Notes under the pieces: model-generated
Database searches by the model: none
What the model was told of the DNA's origin: nothing
What the model saw: the letters and a program-made list of their open reading frames with translations, nothing else
Assembly (NCBI GenBank): GCA_964016885.1
Contig: OZ024743.1
Coordinates: 348,006,001-348,070,000 of the forward strand
DNA length: 64,000 nucleotides
Source of the DNA: Eledone cirrhosa
Taxonomy: Eukaryota
Direction: 5' to 3'
Made by a program: the position numbers and the translations under genes
Shown here: positions 1-17,631 of the stretch, piece after piece
Layout of the letters: the number at the start of each line of letters is the position of its first letter
How positions within the stretch are numbered: position 1 is the first letter of the stretch

Positions 1-945
1 TTTGTACATATAATTAACCTCCTATTCAACTGAAGAATCATACAGATACATATATATTGATGTTGTGGACAACAGCTTCATGTTTACTGGGTGGAATGAA
101 TGCGACATATTTTATACGAGAATTGTACAATAATTCAAATTAAGATTAAAATTAAAAGCAAAGGGTGGAATACATGCGACAGATACTACAAGAGAATAGT
201 ATAATAATTAGCTTAAAGAGATAGTACATGCGTTAGTCATATATAAAGGAATGGGACAAGCACATATATCATGCATATATGAGTACTGTATGGCAAGGTA
301 TTACATGAAATACAAGAACTATAAGCGGATATGTTAGTGTATTATGGTGGGTGCAACGCGATGATATTTTCTGTATAGTTCAAATGTGTATGTCTGTAGA
401 ATATGAAAGTTACAGATTTTACTCGATTACATATGTTAAGATATATCTGTATTGAATGTTTGTTATAGTAATGGATTGTAACTTGGTGTTATTTTATCCA
501 TATTTATGGATTAGAGTTGTTCTACTGTGAGAATTTTCAACGGTTTAATATACGGAACTGGATATGGAATTAAGTAGAACAACTCTAATCCATAAATATA
601 GATAAAATAACACCAAGTTACAATCCATTACTATAACAAACATTCAATACATTGATTTTAATTTTAATTTTTATTTTTAATTTTTATTTTTTATTTTTAT
701 TTTAATCTTAATTTGAATTATTGTACAATTCTCATATAATATATGTCGCATCCATTCCACCCTGTAAACATGAAGCTGTTGTCCACAACATCAATATATA
801 TGTATCTGTATGATTCTTCAGTTGAATAGGAGGTTAATTATATGTACAAACATTAATAATGCTCCGAGGACACCAAGCTTAAGTTTGGAAGAAACAATTG
901 TCAGCGATTATATGTTTTAAACACACCTTTGACACTTGTGTAATC
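1..945. mobile_element. Inverted pair of Penelope-like pseudo-LTR copies (non-coding), continuing off the left edge
   Basis: 1-157 is the reverse complement of ~694-850, and 449-525 of 573-650, with a ~47-bp spacer. The right arm lacks the equivalent of ~158-448 and runs into a hammerhead motif at 857-910. Confidence 0.75.
857..910 (+). ncRNA. Minimal type I hammerhead ribozyme (CCGAGGA core variant)
   Basis: taatGCT-CCGAGGA-ca[CCAAGC ttaa GTTTGG]aa-GAAA-C aatt G-TC|AGCgatta. Stems I and II pair, stem III is the palindrome ACAATTGT, and the GUC triplet is at 900-902. Confidence 0.7.
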
Positions 946-1002
946 TATATATGCATATTTATATATTTATATATATATATATATATATGGGGCGTATGGG
1001 TG

Positions 1003-1085
<83 letters not shown>

Positions 1086-1496
1086 ACTGAATTTATGTAT
1101 ATATTTATTATATACACACATATATGCATATATCTGTATACTTGTATTCGAAGCGATATCATTTATGTACATACATATCTGTGTCGGTATATGTATTTAT
1201 TTGAAGCAGAATCTGTGTTTATGTGTGTGTGTCTGTGTGTGTGTATGTGTGTGAGTCTGTGTATATGTGTGTGTGTGTGTATTTATAGCGTTGTGATTTA
1301 TATGAATCAGTAAAACACAGCAAAGAAACGAAACAAATTAATAAGAATAAAGATAAAAGAAAACAAACCCTGTAAAAATGTTTTGTTAAAGAACTGATAT
1401 AAAATTTGATTTGGTAGAAATTGTAAACAAAGAAGCTTAACTCATCAGCCACCAAACCTCCTCATCCGCTACCGAATAAATAAATAAATAAAAAAC

Positions 1497-1558
<62 letters not shown>

Positions 1559-1563
1559 TGTAT

Positions 1564-1596
<33 letters not shown>

Positions 1597-1671
1597 CATA
1601 TTGAGATATATAAAAATGTATGCATTTGAATATATGTATTCATATGTATCTCAACGTTTATTTCATATACT

Positions 1672-1724
<53 letters not shown>

Positions 1725-1727
1725 TTG

Positions 1728-1763
<36 letters not shown>

Positions 1764-2216
1764 TCTATATATGATATAATATAATATAATATAATATATA
1801 TATGAATATCTATCTATCTATCTATCTATCTATATATATATATATATATACGTCTATTCTATATACATGTATATATATATATATATATATTATATTATAT
1901 TATATATATATGTGTGTGTGTGTGTTTACATACATATATACACACACACAAACATACACACACATATATATATATAATTAAATTTTTTAAAGAATCGTAT
2001 AAAAAATACGTGTAACAAACAGAAGAGATAAGGTGACAGAAAATTAAACAGTGAAAATCACTGAAAAATGTTTTTAAAAATTCATTGAAAAATGCATTCA
2101 AACAAAAACAATATTGACTAAGTGAAAAAAAAAGGGGAGATTATAAAAAATGTTTTTAGCATTAGCGGTAGTATATATATATATATATATGATGACAATA
2201 ATACTACTAATAATAT

Positions 2217-2401
2217 TTGTTTCTACGTTAGGCACAAGGCCAGCAATTTTCCAGTGTATTACTGGTACTTTATTTTATCTACCCCGTAAGGATGAAAGGT
2301 AAAGTCAACCTCGGCGGGATTTGAACTCAGATCGTAAAGGGGCGTAACTATGCTGGAAAGCATGGTGTCCGACTCTCTACCGATACTGCCAATCCACCGC
2401 C
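2217..2401 (-). mobile_element. tRNA-derived SINE, full length
   Basis: Minus strand: GGCGGTGGATTGGCAGTATCGGTAGAG (A box), GAGTTCAAATCCCGCC (B box), central CCTTTCATCCTTACGGGGT..ATAAAATAAAGTACCAG (Meta/MESC-like domain, recognised from memory), 3' GGCCTTGTGCC..AGAAAC plus AT-rich tail. Many copies in the window. Confidence 0.9.
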
Positions 2402-2551
2402 TATATATTAGTATCATTAATATTATAATTATTATGAATATTATTATTGTTATTGTTATTACTACTATTATTGTTATGTACGAAATTAATATTAATAAGA
2501 ATGAAGTTAAACGTAAACACATACATACACACACACACACATATATGTATA

Positions 2552-2625
<74 letters not shown>

Positions 2626-2626
<1 letters not shown>

Positions 2627-2678
2627 TATTTATACAATATGTTATTACAATTATTATTGTTATTATTGTTGTTGTTGG

Positions 2679-2715
<37 letters not shown>

Positions 2716-2765
2716 TGGATTTATACATGTATGTGTGTGCGCGCTTGTTCATACGTACATACATA

Positions 2766-2861
<96 letters not shown>

Positions 2862-2911
2862 TATGTATGTACGTATGAACAAGCGCGCACACACATACAT
2901 GTATAAATCCA

Positions 2912-2948
<37 letters not shown>

Positions 2949-3001
2949 CCAACAACAACAATAATAACAATAATAATTGTAATAACATATTGTATAAATA
3001 A
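2626..3001. repeat. Perfect palindrome centred on an (AT)n tract
   Basis: Arms 2626-2768 and 2859-3001 are exact reverse complements, including the 36-nt (ATT)n run. Confidence 0.9.
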
Positions 3002-3606
3002 ACGAACAATATATTATAGCAGGGAAATCTTATAAAATCTCAAATATATCACCTCATGCTAGATTAGTAATTATTCAGTTGTATTTCATTTTGAAAACAA
3101 TTGCGTTTAAAACTAGCTAAAGCAGGAATATGTGTGCATAAGTGTTAGTTTCCTCAATTTAAACTATATGCGATACTATTACTAGCAGAACCCTCCTTTC
3201 CGGACAATATGCATCACAAACTGTGTTTGTGGTTGTAGTTGTTCTTTTCGTTATTCATGAGGGTTTCTTTTCTGTTGTCGTTGCTATTATAGTTTGTTGT
3301 TGTGTATGTAATTAATAATTTCTTAAAATCGCCCAGGTTTGATGTTATATTTAAAAACCCAAAATCAGAATGTGATTTAATCAACACTATTCTCTAAAGG
3401 TTATAGAATTTAATTTCAAATATATGTACACTATCTCGCATTTCGAAGAAGAATGGATGATCTGAATCGAGTTTGGAATCTAGTTAGCATACTCGATCTA
3501 CCAAGAAATGCTTATCCAATGACTATGTAAACCCAGGAAATATCTTTATATCAGCAAACTAGAAGATGCTTCATTCTGGAAATATATATATTTTCCATGT
3601 GTGAAC

Positions 3607-6885
<3,279 letters not shown>

Positions 6886-7807
6886 TACGAACTATACACG
6901 GATAATTTACGTCTTGATGTGGTAGCTAAGTATCTTTTATGTTTATACTATTACTTATTTGTATGGGTAAGTATATATTACCTGTATGTTTTGTGAAGGT
7001 ACGTATACTTTCTCATACGTATATTTCATACCAGTATATGTAATATAATATATACGCTTTCTCATGATATTACATATACTTATACATGTGTATATGGTTA
7101 TGTGTATACCTGAGTTTTGCGTTTGTGTGTGTATGCGGTTTTGCATGCATGTAGGGTGTGTGTATATGTGTACTTTGTGTTTTGGTTGACGTAGCCTAGC
7201 GAACATATGTGTATTTACATGTAGGTATGCGTGTGCGCGCGTTATATACGTATTTATGTGTGTATATTCATATACGTTTATATAATTATATGTATATACG
7301 CACACACACATGTATATATATATATATGTTTATATATATTGTTATGTGTATTTGGTGTATACGTTCGTATGTGTGGGTGTACAGGCGTTGCGTGGGTTTT
7401 TGTATCTGTGCGCGTATTTTTGTGTACGTGCTTATATTTGCATACCCATGGCGGTTGTTCTCGCGTATGCATGTATATGTACGTATATGGATGCGTGCAT
7501 GTATATATTTAATTATTGTTGATTTCAATAACCTCTGTAATTTATTTAGATTATTCTTAACTATGAGGCCGAGAATCATTCGGTTTCCTAAATAGAACAT
7601 TAGTCTACGACTTCATTTATACCATAAACGTTGTTTTGTTTTTGCGTGTAATTGTTCTCGCCCTTCAAATAATGACGTATTATCTTCGTTTTTTCCCGTT
7701 CTTTGCCAGGGAACGTCTCCACGATCTAAAGTATCGTCTTCCTGTCTTCCTTCCGTTGCACCGTTTTTCTAGATAATTTCTTCTGCGTTCACAGATTGTT
7801 TTTTTTT

Positions 7808-7850
7808 AGTTTCAGAAGATCCCGTTAAGGGTGAAAGCAGCGATTCTTTG
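7808..7850 (+). ncRNA. Degenerate hammerhead in the PLE 3' pseudo-LTR
   Basis: CAGAAGA-t-CCC gttaa GGG-t-GAAA at the position expected for a PLE HHR. U4 is mutated and stem III is eroded. Confidence 0.5.
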
Positions 7851-8268
7851 CTTAAACTTTAATTTGTTATTTTAATAAATATTTGCTCTAGGGATCTTAT
7901 ATATTTGATGTATATTCATCCTTATCGCGCCTTCATTTGATTTTAGTCTTCAAATTTATTATTATTACTATATATATATATATATATATAGTGTATTTTG
8001 CAATACATTGTATGATTAACTATGAATCTTTGATTCTTATAGAATTCCAGTAATAATCAGGAACTGATTATACAGAGCGGTTGGCGGTCAAGCAGAAATT
8101 GAAAATTAGAATTGGTGCTCTGAAATAGCGATATATATATGAATGTATATATAGTGTATTTTGCAATACACTGTATACTTAATTAAAAAGACTTTGAAGA
8201 CCTTACGCAATTGTTTTAGAGTAGTGACAGTCTCACTTACTTGAATTTTCAGCAAACAGGGGAGATAA

Positions 8269-8313
8269 AGCTGACAGAGGTATGTTTCGCACTTTTTAGT
8301 ACTTATCAAAGCT
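8269..8313 (-). ncRNA. Type I hammerhead with U3-A8 core variant
   Basis: Minus strand: AGCT-TTGATAA-GTAC taaaaa GTGC-GAAA-C atacctct G-TC|AGCT. Stems I and II pair. It lies in a pLTR-like fragment (7991-8338) between (AT)n tracts. Confidence 0.65.
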
Positions 8314-8331
8314 AACTACTACTTTCAATTC

Positions 8332-8440
<109 letters not shown>

Positions 8441-8444
8441 ATAT

Positions 8445-8496
<52 letters not shown>

Positions 8497-8551
8497 TATA
8501 TATGTATATGTTTATATATATATATATGTTTATATTATATATGTATATGTT

Positions 8552-8977
<426 letters not shown>

Positions 8978-9904
8978 CGTATTTCTCCCTGGACAGAAAA
9001 AAGGGATTTTGTACTGTTTCTTTACAGATATGCATTTATTGTATATCTTAGCTGTTTATTGCATAATCTAATAGTTAAACAAAGGCGATTGATGGTTGAG
9101 ATGGATATATAGTAAAACTTAAAATATGAAGCAATGTAGGTGGCTGATTTATTAGGGCGGTAGGAAATGATAACTTCACATCTTTTAGCCGAAGGACAAT
9201 TTGTATAAGAATAGGTGAATGATTATCTAACTCATGAGTAAGCGACAGATGAAAGTGGAAACAGATTGATAGTATGTTACAAAAAAAAAAAAAATGAGTT
9301 TTAAACTATTAGAAGTTTGTAAATAAGGCTATTTCTATACGCAAGAAGTTCATCGAGTGATCTGTTACCTCACATGTGTAATGAATGATTCTGATGTACC
9401 TATATTATTTCATTGTATTAAATTTTAACCTTGCGTTGCTGTAGGTTATATCAAAGTAAAAAAAAAGGTAATATTAACAAAATAAGCTCACAAAGTTATG
9501 GTTAACATGGCGAATGTGTTAGGGTGGGTGAGTTAAAACAGATTTATTATACGTAAGAAACGTTGGTTCGGGAGCAAAGAGAATGTCATATAAAGTTTCT
9601 AGATGTGAGCAAAGTTAAAAACGATTCATAAATATTTGTTGTAACATTGTCATTTAAATTGTTCAGCTAACAATGGGATGGTTGTTTTGTGTTTAAGAAA
9701 ATGTGACTTCATACAATCAACACACACAAGTGCACTCTCAGAAACACACACAGATAAACACACAAATGGCACAGAGACACAGGTATACACATTCTATGGG
9801 TGTGTGTATGTCTGTGTGAATGTCTATATGTGTGATTTATGTTTGTTTTCACATATATGAGATTGTGACAAAAGCATAAGTTTACCCGTTTGAATGTGAG
9901 TGAA

Positions 9905-10010
9905 TAGTCTATTAGATTGATTCCCGTATTTCACTGACACTTTATATTATCGACCCCAGAAGTATGAAAGACTATGTTGACCATGGCAGAATCTGAACGT
10001 AAAATGTCCG
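9905..10010 (-). mobile_element. Old degenerate SINE fragment
   Basis: ttatcgaccccagaagtatgaaagactatgttgacc matches the SINE central domain. Confidence 0.6.
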
Positions 10011-10559
10011 TAAATAAATACTAAAATGCATTTCAACAGTTTAGAATCGATCTCCTAATCAATGGTCCTTATGTATACAGATACATAATACTGTAGTATG
10101 AATAAGAAAATAAACTCACTGATACATTCCGATAGATTCTCACACATATACACATAATTATTCTGCATCCATTGTATATATATTTATATCCATCAATTAT
10201 ATCGATATTCCTATCACAAACAATGGCTACTTTCACTGCCGCTAGTATCAACATTTTAATAGAATCTTCTTTTATTTATATTTTAAAATCTCCAAAGGAT
10301 TTTTCTGGAGCCAATATCTTATTAGAATAATTATTTCCTTTGATCTTATAATTCAAATATCTAATATATGTGTTTATGATATAGCAGCCGTTTGATTCCC
10401 CACACTACTTTATCTTTAACGAAATTACCATCGCCGCATCTTCAGCGTCCCACCACCACCACAGTACAATTATCACCCCAACAATAAAAATACAATAACA
10501 CTTTATTTGTTTTATTATTCTTTCGAGAACATAGGTTTCGAAGTTGTCAAGTCTTATGG

Positions 10560-10935
10560 TTTTATGACAAATTCTCTCGCAGTTTGCTGTCTTTCTTTAT
10601 TATCGTTTGATAGTAGGGTATGAATGGGTATCGTAGTATTTTCCTGTACACAGGGCGTCTGTACATGCTAGGCACATGGATTCTGGTGATATAGTGACTT
10701 TCGGTAGGAGATGCGCCATTTATAGCATCACACTCTTCATTGATCTTCTCAATCAAGGAGATAAATTAGATGCCGTAAATATCTCAATCTGATTCAGTGA
10801 CAAGATCCAACCTCATTAAATCCTCCACTGAGAGGGTATGGTAGGAAGATCTGAACGCATCTCGGTGGACGATCCTCAATAATCAGTTTTCCCAACAAAG
10901 TAGCCATGCTGAAGTTCAATAGATCGGGTACACAA
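10560..10935 (+). pseudogene. Possible highly decayed CR1/L2-like RT fragment
   Basis: Weak peptide resemblance only (..LLNQGDKLDAV.. to the segment preceding YLDFxKAFD), with many stops. Confidence 0.3.
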
Positions 10936-11169
10936 CAGTCTAATTTAACAAAACACTCTTAGAGCTGCCATTCCGAGCCATGAGTAAAATATGCTAGAAG
11001 CAAATACAGTATGGAACCAATCACTGCAACCGAGCACATCCTCTCCAGTAAAAGATGGAGCTGAACAAAAACCTACATCAAAAGCGAATACATCTACAGA
11101 TACAGGCAAAATACAATTCTTTGCAACAAGGAAAACACTTATATTCAATATATTTAAACATAGTAATTA

Positions 11170-12303
11170 CTAGCTGATATACCCAGCTTCGCCCGTGTAA
11201 ACAGATTATAAGAGAAGACAGGTAAAAGAGAAAATGACTGTATTGGATGTTTGTCTGGTTACAGTATGAAGCGAGTCCGTGGTGTCTGTGTGATACAGAA
11301 AATAGTAAAAAAAAATATTCCAGATATACCAGATTCTTCGTTGTACCGTTTGTGCATATTATATGAACAATTGTAGGTGCTCCCACCTAGAATAGTGACC
11401 TCTAGGAGATGGTTCATCTTCAGCCTGACTGTAAAACGTGTATCATTGCATAAACGTGGTTGTTCCACGTTTCTCAAAAGGATGATGGAAGTTCCAATCT
11501 TTTATATTATATGTAGATATAGATATAGATAATTAATATGAAAGATGATGCTCAGCCAGTTCGTCTTCAACCATCGCAGCACGCCGTCGCTGCTTGGCTC
11601 CAGTGTCCCATTGGCGTTGTTCAGCCAGCTCCTCTTCATTCATGGCAGCACGTCTTCGCCTCTGAAGTTCGGCGTTTCGATGGTGCTATTCGGCCCGTTT
11701 TTCTTCATTCCTGGCAGCACGCCGTCGCCGCTGTAGTTCACTGTTTGATAAAGTCGAATTGCTTTCATTATCACTTTTCATTTCGAGCAATTGTCAAAAA
11801 ATGACACAATAATAAATATAAAAGATGTCCGTCAATGTAAAAAAGTTCCCTATTTACTCCCTTCACAACTCTGTGTAAGTTAGACTGATAGACTGACACA
11901 CAGACAGATAAACTGCGTGGCGATTGTGGAACGCCCCACGTACACACACATAAACGCATGGAAATGCGCACGCGCACGCAAACTCGCACACGCACCCGTG
12001 CACTTACACACACTTACACACTCACACATGTGGATAGTTTTTACTTTCTGTAGAACGCTGCACGTACACACACACACATAAACATACGCGCACGTACATA
12101 CACACGCACATATGGTAATAGTTACAGCGTTCACTTTGCCTCTCTGTTTCTTACTCTCCCCTCTCACTCCCTCATTGGCGTTATGCGTAATAATTTAAGT
12201 TTGGCGTCGTTGAGGTGGGCGGAGTCGTGTGAAACCTATGAACCAATGATAATCGAGAATTATGACACACGGAATACTGAAGTTGTTCAAATTAATATAT
12301 AGA
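11170..12303 (-). mobile_element. Non-autonomous Helitron (deletion derivative)
   Basis: Minus strand starts a|TCTATATATTAAT (12303) and ends CACGGGCGAAGCTGGGTATATCAGCTAG|t (11170): TC...CTAG termini, subterminal GC-rich hairpin-like motif, AT target dinucleotide, no TSD. Confidence 0.8.
11533..11781 (-). pseudogene. Helitron RepHel N-terminal remnant with 23-aa (STPR-like) repeats
   Basis: MKSDNESNSTLSNS-ELQRRRRAARNEEKRAE*HHRNA-ELQRRRRAAMNEEELAEQRQWDT-GAKQRRRAAMVEDELAEHH. Period is 69 nt with one internal stop, so it is absent from the ORF track. Confidence 0.7.
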
Positions 12304-12659
12304 TTAGCCGGTTATTGATCGCTATATCCGATTGACGATTTAGCGTTAAACCTTCATTATTTAACTATTTTATAAATAAAGAAGCATACTCAACAGAGTA
12401 AAGGCAGGGTAAACATCGCAAACAGAACAAAAGCAAACGCACAATATACATTAATAATTTGTACACATAAAGTTGCCTCCCGGAATTAGCGGGGTTTACG
12501 TCCCTAGATAAACTGCGCAGGGTGAACATCTGTGAATACTGGACGTGATCCATAAAAAATGCCTATAAATGTCAAAATATAACGTAAAATATAATAAAAA
12601 AAGAGAGAGCGTCTTATGCAAAGGGACATCCAATAGTCGTAAGCAACTACCACACCCCT

Positions 12660-13294
<635 letters not shown>

Positions 13295-13337
13295 ATAATA
13301 AATTATTTGCTTAAACTTTAATCTGTTATTTTAATAA

Positions 13338-13383
<46 letters not shown>

Positions 13384-14013
13384 CAATATGCATGAGAAAT
13401 TTCCACGATGAAAAATATCACACCGTAACGATACAGTGCAATACAGATATATATTGGTTAAACTCTAGATATAGAAGGGAAAGTATTTTAACATTTCATA
13501 TGTTAGTCCTTCATCAGAAGGTAGAGTGAGAGCTAGATAGGGAAATAGAAAAATAGACGAATTTCAGAAGCGGAAGAAACGGATATATATAAAAGATGCA
13601 AGCATTTTTTTGTGGGCGGGGGTGTATGAAATTCATACATTTGATGAGAGGAAATTTACTTCGTGAACAAACAATGTAACAAAAATCAAGCGTAGTATGC
13701 AAGAGATAAAACGGTGATTATATGGATGATTTTTACTAGGTAACGAAGCGCTATGATATCCAAGTGGAAGGAAACAGCAGTAAAAGACCAACGAAATATG
13801 GGAAGAAGTGCTAAAAGTTCATCCAAGATAACTGAACCTGATAGTGAATCACAACGCGTGGAATAATGCTCTACTGGACAAGACCCATCCAACCCATGCA
13901 AGAAATGCAAAAGTGAACATAGAAGGGTGATGATGAGAGGGGCTATATAATTGATCTCATAACGGTAATGGATACACACACACTCATACAAACACACGTA
14001 TATATACATATAT

Positions 14014-14050
<37 letters not shown>

Positions 14051-14488
14051 ACACGTTTTATAACACGTTTTATAACATGTGATAACTAAATGTACGTTCA
14101 GCTGGCTCATATATCAGCAGCATTTAGAATCTACCTCGCTTTTGGATAGAACGGAACTCCCGTTTATGAAATGAATCCTCTGTTCGTCATGGAATACCAC
14201 GAGCGTGTCTGTTACGTAAGTCGGATATTTGATTTCGGATTCACCGAAACACTTTAAACGTATATCGTTTAATTTGTCCAGTTGTATCTTTTTTAAGCTG
14301 TTAGGTTTTTCGTTGCTCTGGTACTGTGTGTTAGGTTGTGCCTACTATAATGTTCAATTTGTCAAGCTATTTAAACGTATATTGTTACTCTAAGGACCTA
14401 CCCTTATTGAGTGCTTTGCTAACTCATTCATATTGTAGGTCGACTTTGCTTGCCCACAGCCAAAGCTTCGATTTTACTAAGCTTCCAC

Positions 14489-14561
<73 letters not shown>

Positions 14562-14653
14562 TATTGAAATTTCCGTTGGAAACAGAAAAGGTAATAGAAA
14601 TGAAGAGTGCTCATTCGGGAAACCTCTGGTAATGAGGTAATTATATTGTATTG

Positions 14654-14722
<69 letters not shown>

Positions 14723-14728
<6 letters not shown>

Positions 14729-15045
14729 AACTAGAAATTGATTGACACATATATATATATATAAAATAAACACATGAAACAATCACAGGGGATAATTTGT
14801 AAAGTGTGTAAGCACACACAGCTAGGTAGGTAACTAATTAAAGGTTAACTAATTAAAGTTTAATGTAATATATACAAGGAAGATTAATCATTCTAAAACA
14901 TATCTATAATTGAAGTTCTAGTTAAACTTTAATTAGTTACCTACCTAGTTGTATGTGCTTATACACTTTACAAATTATCCCCTGTGATTGTTTCATATGT
15001 TTATTTTAGATATATATATATGTCAATCCATTTCTAGTCGATATA
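14723..15045. repeat. Fold-back inverted repeat (~120-bp arms), PLE-like
   Basis: ~14723-14843 and ~14921-15045 are reverse complements with scattered mismatches. It starts at (AT)n and has a 13-bp stutter (taactaattaaag) near the turn. Confidence 0.75.
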
Positions 15046-15157
15046 AAATGCTCGGATCATTGGAATCTTTGAGCATATTCTACAGTAGATATGGTGCATG
15101 TCTCTCGGACATGACACCCTTAATTTAAATTTGGATGTATATATATACATATATATA

Positions 15158-15420
15158 TCTGTATATATAAAGTTGTAGTTCCTGTCTGTTTGTTTGTTTG
15201 TTCACGAACTCCTCCTATGATTTTGGAGACCTTCCATAACCATATATATTCTGAAACTATATTGCACAGGGTACTTGGATAAGTATATTTCATTAGAATC
15301 AAAGGATTCCCCGGGGGCACGAAGCCCCGCTGAAAATGTTTTCCCTTCGATTAATAAGAAATTTAAACCATAGGTAAATGATAAGATATGATGCCTGTTC
15401 ACAAAAGTTTTGCATTGATA
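15158..15420 (+). mobile_element. Probable Helitron-like non-autonomous 5' end
   Basis: a|TCTGTATATATAAAG...TGTCTGTTTGTTTGTTTG start is typical of small Helitron derivatives. No matching CTAG end was identified. Confidence 0.45.
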
Positions 15421-15498
15421 TTTTCAAAAAAAATTATTTACAAGAAAATAAGAATAAGATTTAGTAACGTAATTTTCATTTGATATATTAAAAAAAGT

Positions 15499-15852
15499 AA
15501 TGGTTTCTACTTTTGGCACAAGGCCAGCAATTATTTCAGGGTATTACTGGTACTTTATTTTATCGACCCCATAAGGATGAAAGGCAAAGTTAACCTCGGC
15601 GGGATTTGAACTCAGATAATAAAGGGCCATAACTCTTTGCTGCAAAGTATGGCGTCCAACTCTCTACCGATGCTGCCAAATCAACAAAATAATTGTTTTT
15701 ACAACAGGCACAAGGCCAGCAATTATCCCAGTGTATTACTGGTATTTTATGTTATCGACCCCCGTTAGGATGAAAAGCAAAGTTAACCTCGACGGGATTT
15801 GTACACAGAATGGCAAGCGCCGTAACTCTATGCGTCAAAGCATGGCGTCCAA
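15499..15852 (-). mobile_element. Two tandem tRNA-derived SINEs
   Basis: Copies at ~15499-15683 and ~15690-15852. The second is bounded by the repeat caacaaaataat(t)gtttt. Confidence 0.88.
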
Positions 15853-16009
15853 CAAAATAATGTTTTCCAATTTGTCATGCATTACATTTTACAATGAGTA
15901 ATATTGGAATGCAGAGTTTTTCTCCATAAATTATATCACTGATTTAAAATCAATTATCATTTTCTTACAAAAAAAAAAATTGTGTGCAAGGCGCGGGTGA
16001 TTCGCCTAG

Positions 16010-16044
<35 letters not shown>

Positions 16045-16090
16045 AAGGAAATTAAATCGAAAATGCAACTAGAGTCATATATATATATAA

Positions 16091-16166
<76 letters not shown>

Positions 16167-16174
16167 TAGGCGAA

Positions 16175-16225
<51 letters not shown>

Positions 16226-17038
16226 TGTATATATATATATACATATGTCTACATATATATGTATATATATATGACTCCAGTTGCATTTTCGATTTATTTT
16301 CCTTATATATATATATATATATAGTGAACAAAAATATATATATGTGTGTATGTATGTCTGTGTGTGTGTATGTATGTGTGTATGTGTGCGCGTGTGTTTG
16401 TATGTGTGTGTTTGTGAACGAATATATGCGCGCATGCGTAACTGTGGCTATACGAATGTTTGTATTTAGTACCAAATTCATTTCTATCACAAAATGGCTG
16501 AAGTCAGACGAACAAATAAGAAAACATAAAAAAGAAATACAAAATAGAATAAAAATGAAAAAGAAAATCAATGAAACAGCAAGAAATCTAGACAACATCA
16601 TCAAAATATATAACTTAAAAACCAAAATCCAGAAAAAATAATAATAATGAAATGTAAAAAAAAAAAAAGGAAAAATGAGCGACCATTCCTTGAAATAGAA
16701 AACAAATGAAAACTAAATAAATGAAGCCGAAATTCTGACTATGGTTTCTTGTGTTAGTGAAAGGAGAGTGAGAGAAATATTCATTGCAGCCTTAGAAAAT
16801 GGCTGACACATTAGTTGGCATGAAGCAAATTGGTGCCCATAAAATTGAGTTTCGCCATTACAGACATAGAGACGCACATTCATTGTAATGTATACAATGT
16901 CTGCTGACATCACCGTTATTTGGGTGGTGTGTAAATAAAAGGACGAGACTACAGACACACTGACACACATATACAGAATGCACACTCGCACACACACACA
17001 CACACATACACGCGCGCTTGGAACTATGCATACACACA

Positions 17039-17107
<69 letters not shown>

Positions 17108-17191
17108 GTATATGTATGTATATGCGTGGTGGTATACACACGAACACACACACACACACACATATACACATACACACACACACACATACAC

Positions 17192-17250
<59 letters not shown>

Positions 17251-17279
17251 AAAGAATAGAGGTGTAACACACAAGTTAT

Positions 17280-17631
17280 TATATATTGGTAAACGGAATA
17301 GAAAATGCTGACAAATTGTTCACAGTTGAAAAATGGTTTAATTAGGAATAAAAGAGTATTAGTGATTGTATGGGTTAGTATTCAGTTGTGGTTTTAAGTT
17401 TTTAAGTTTTTACCGGTTGCGCATTTCTAAATGCTCAGATCAGAGCAAACAGCACGGACACTCTATCTCAAAATTATTTTTGAAAAGCATTTAGAAATGC
17501 GCAACCGGTAAAAACTTAAAAACTTAAAACCACAACTGAATACTAACCCATACAATCACTAATACTCTTTTATTCCTAATTAAACCATTTTTCAACTGTG
17601 AACAATTTGTCAGCATTTTCTATTCCGTTTA

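Noticed and set aside
1365-1455. Minus-strand CTGATGA-GTTAAG...TTAAC-AAAA, hammerhead-like
   Set aside because: The GAAA box reads AAAA and stems I and III do not pair. At best a dead relic.
3555-3610. CTAGAAGA..TGGAAA/TTTCCA hairpin..GAACG, hammerhead-like
   Set aside because: Both core boxes are imperfect and the motif is cut by (AT)n.
13485-13525. Minus-strand CTGATGA...GAAA with 13-nt spacing in pLTR-like sequence
   Set aside because: Stem II and stem I cannot be paired convincingly.
14595-14640. ATGAAGA..GAAACCTCTGGTA, resembling an HHR 3' half
   Set aside because: C3 is missing and stem II is not formed in register. Insufficient support.
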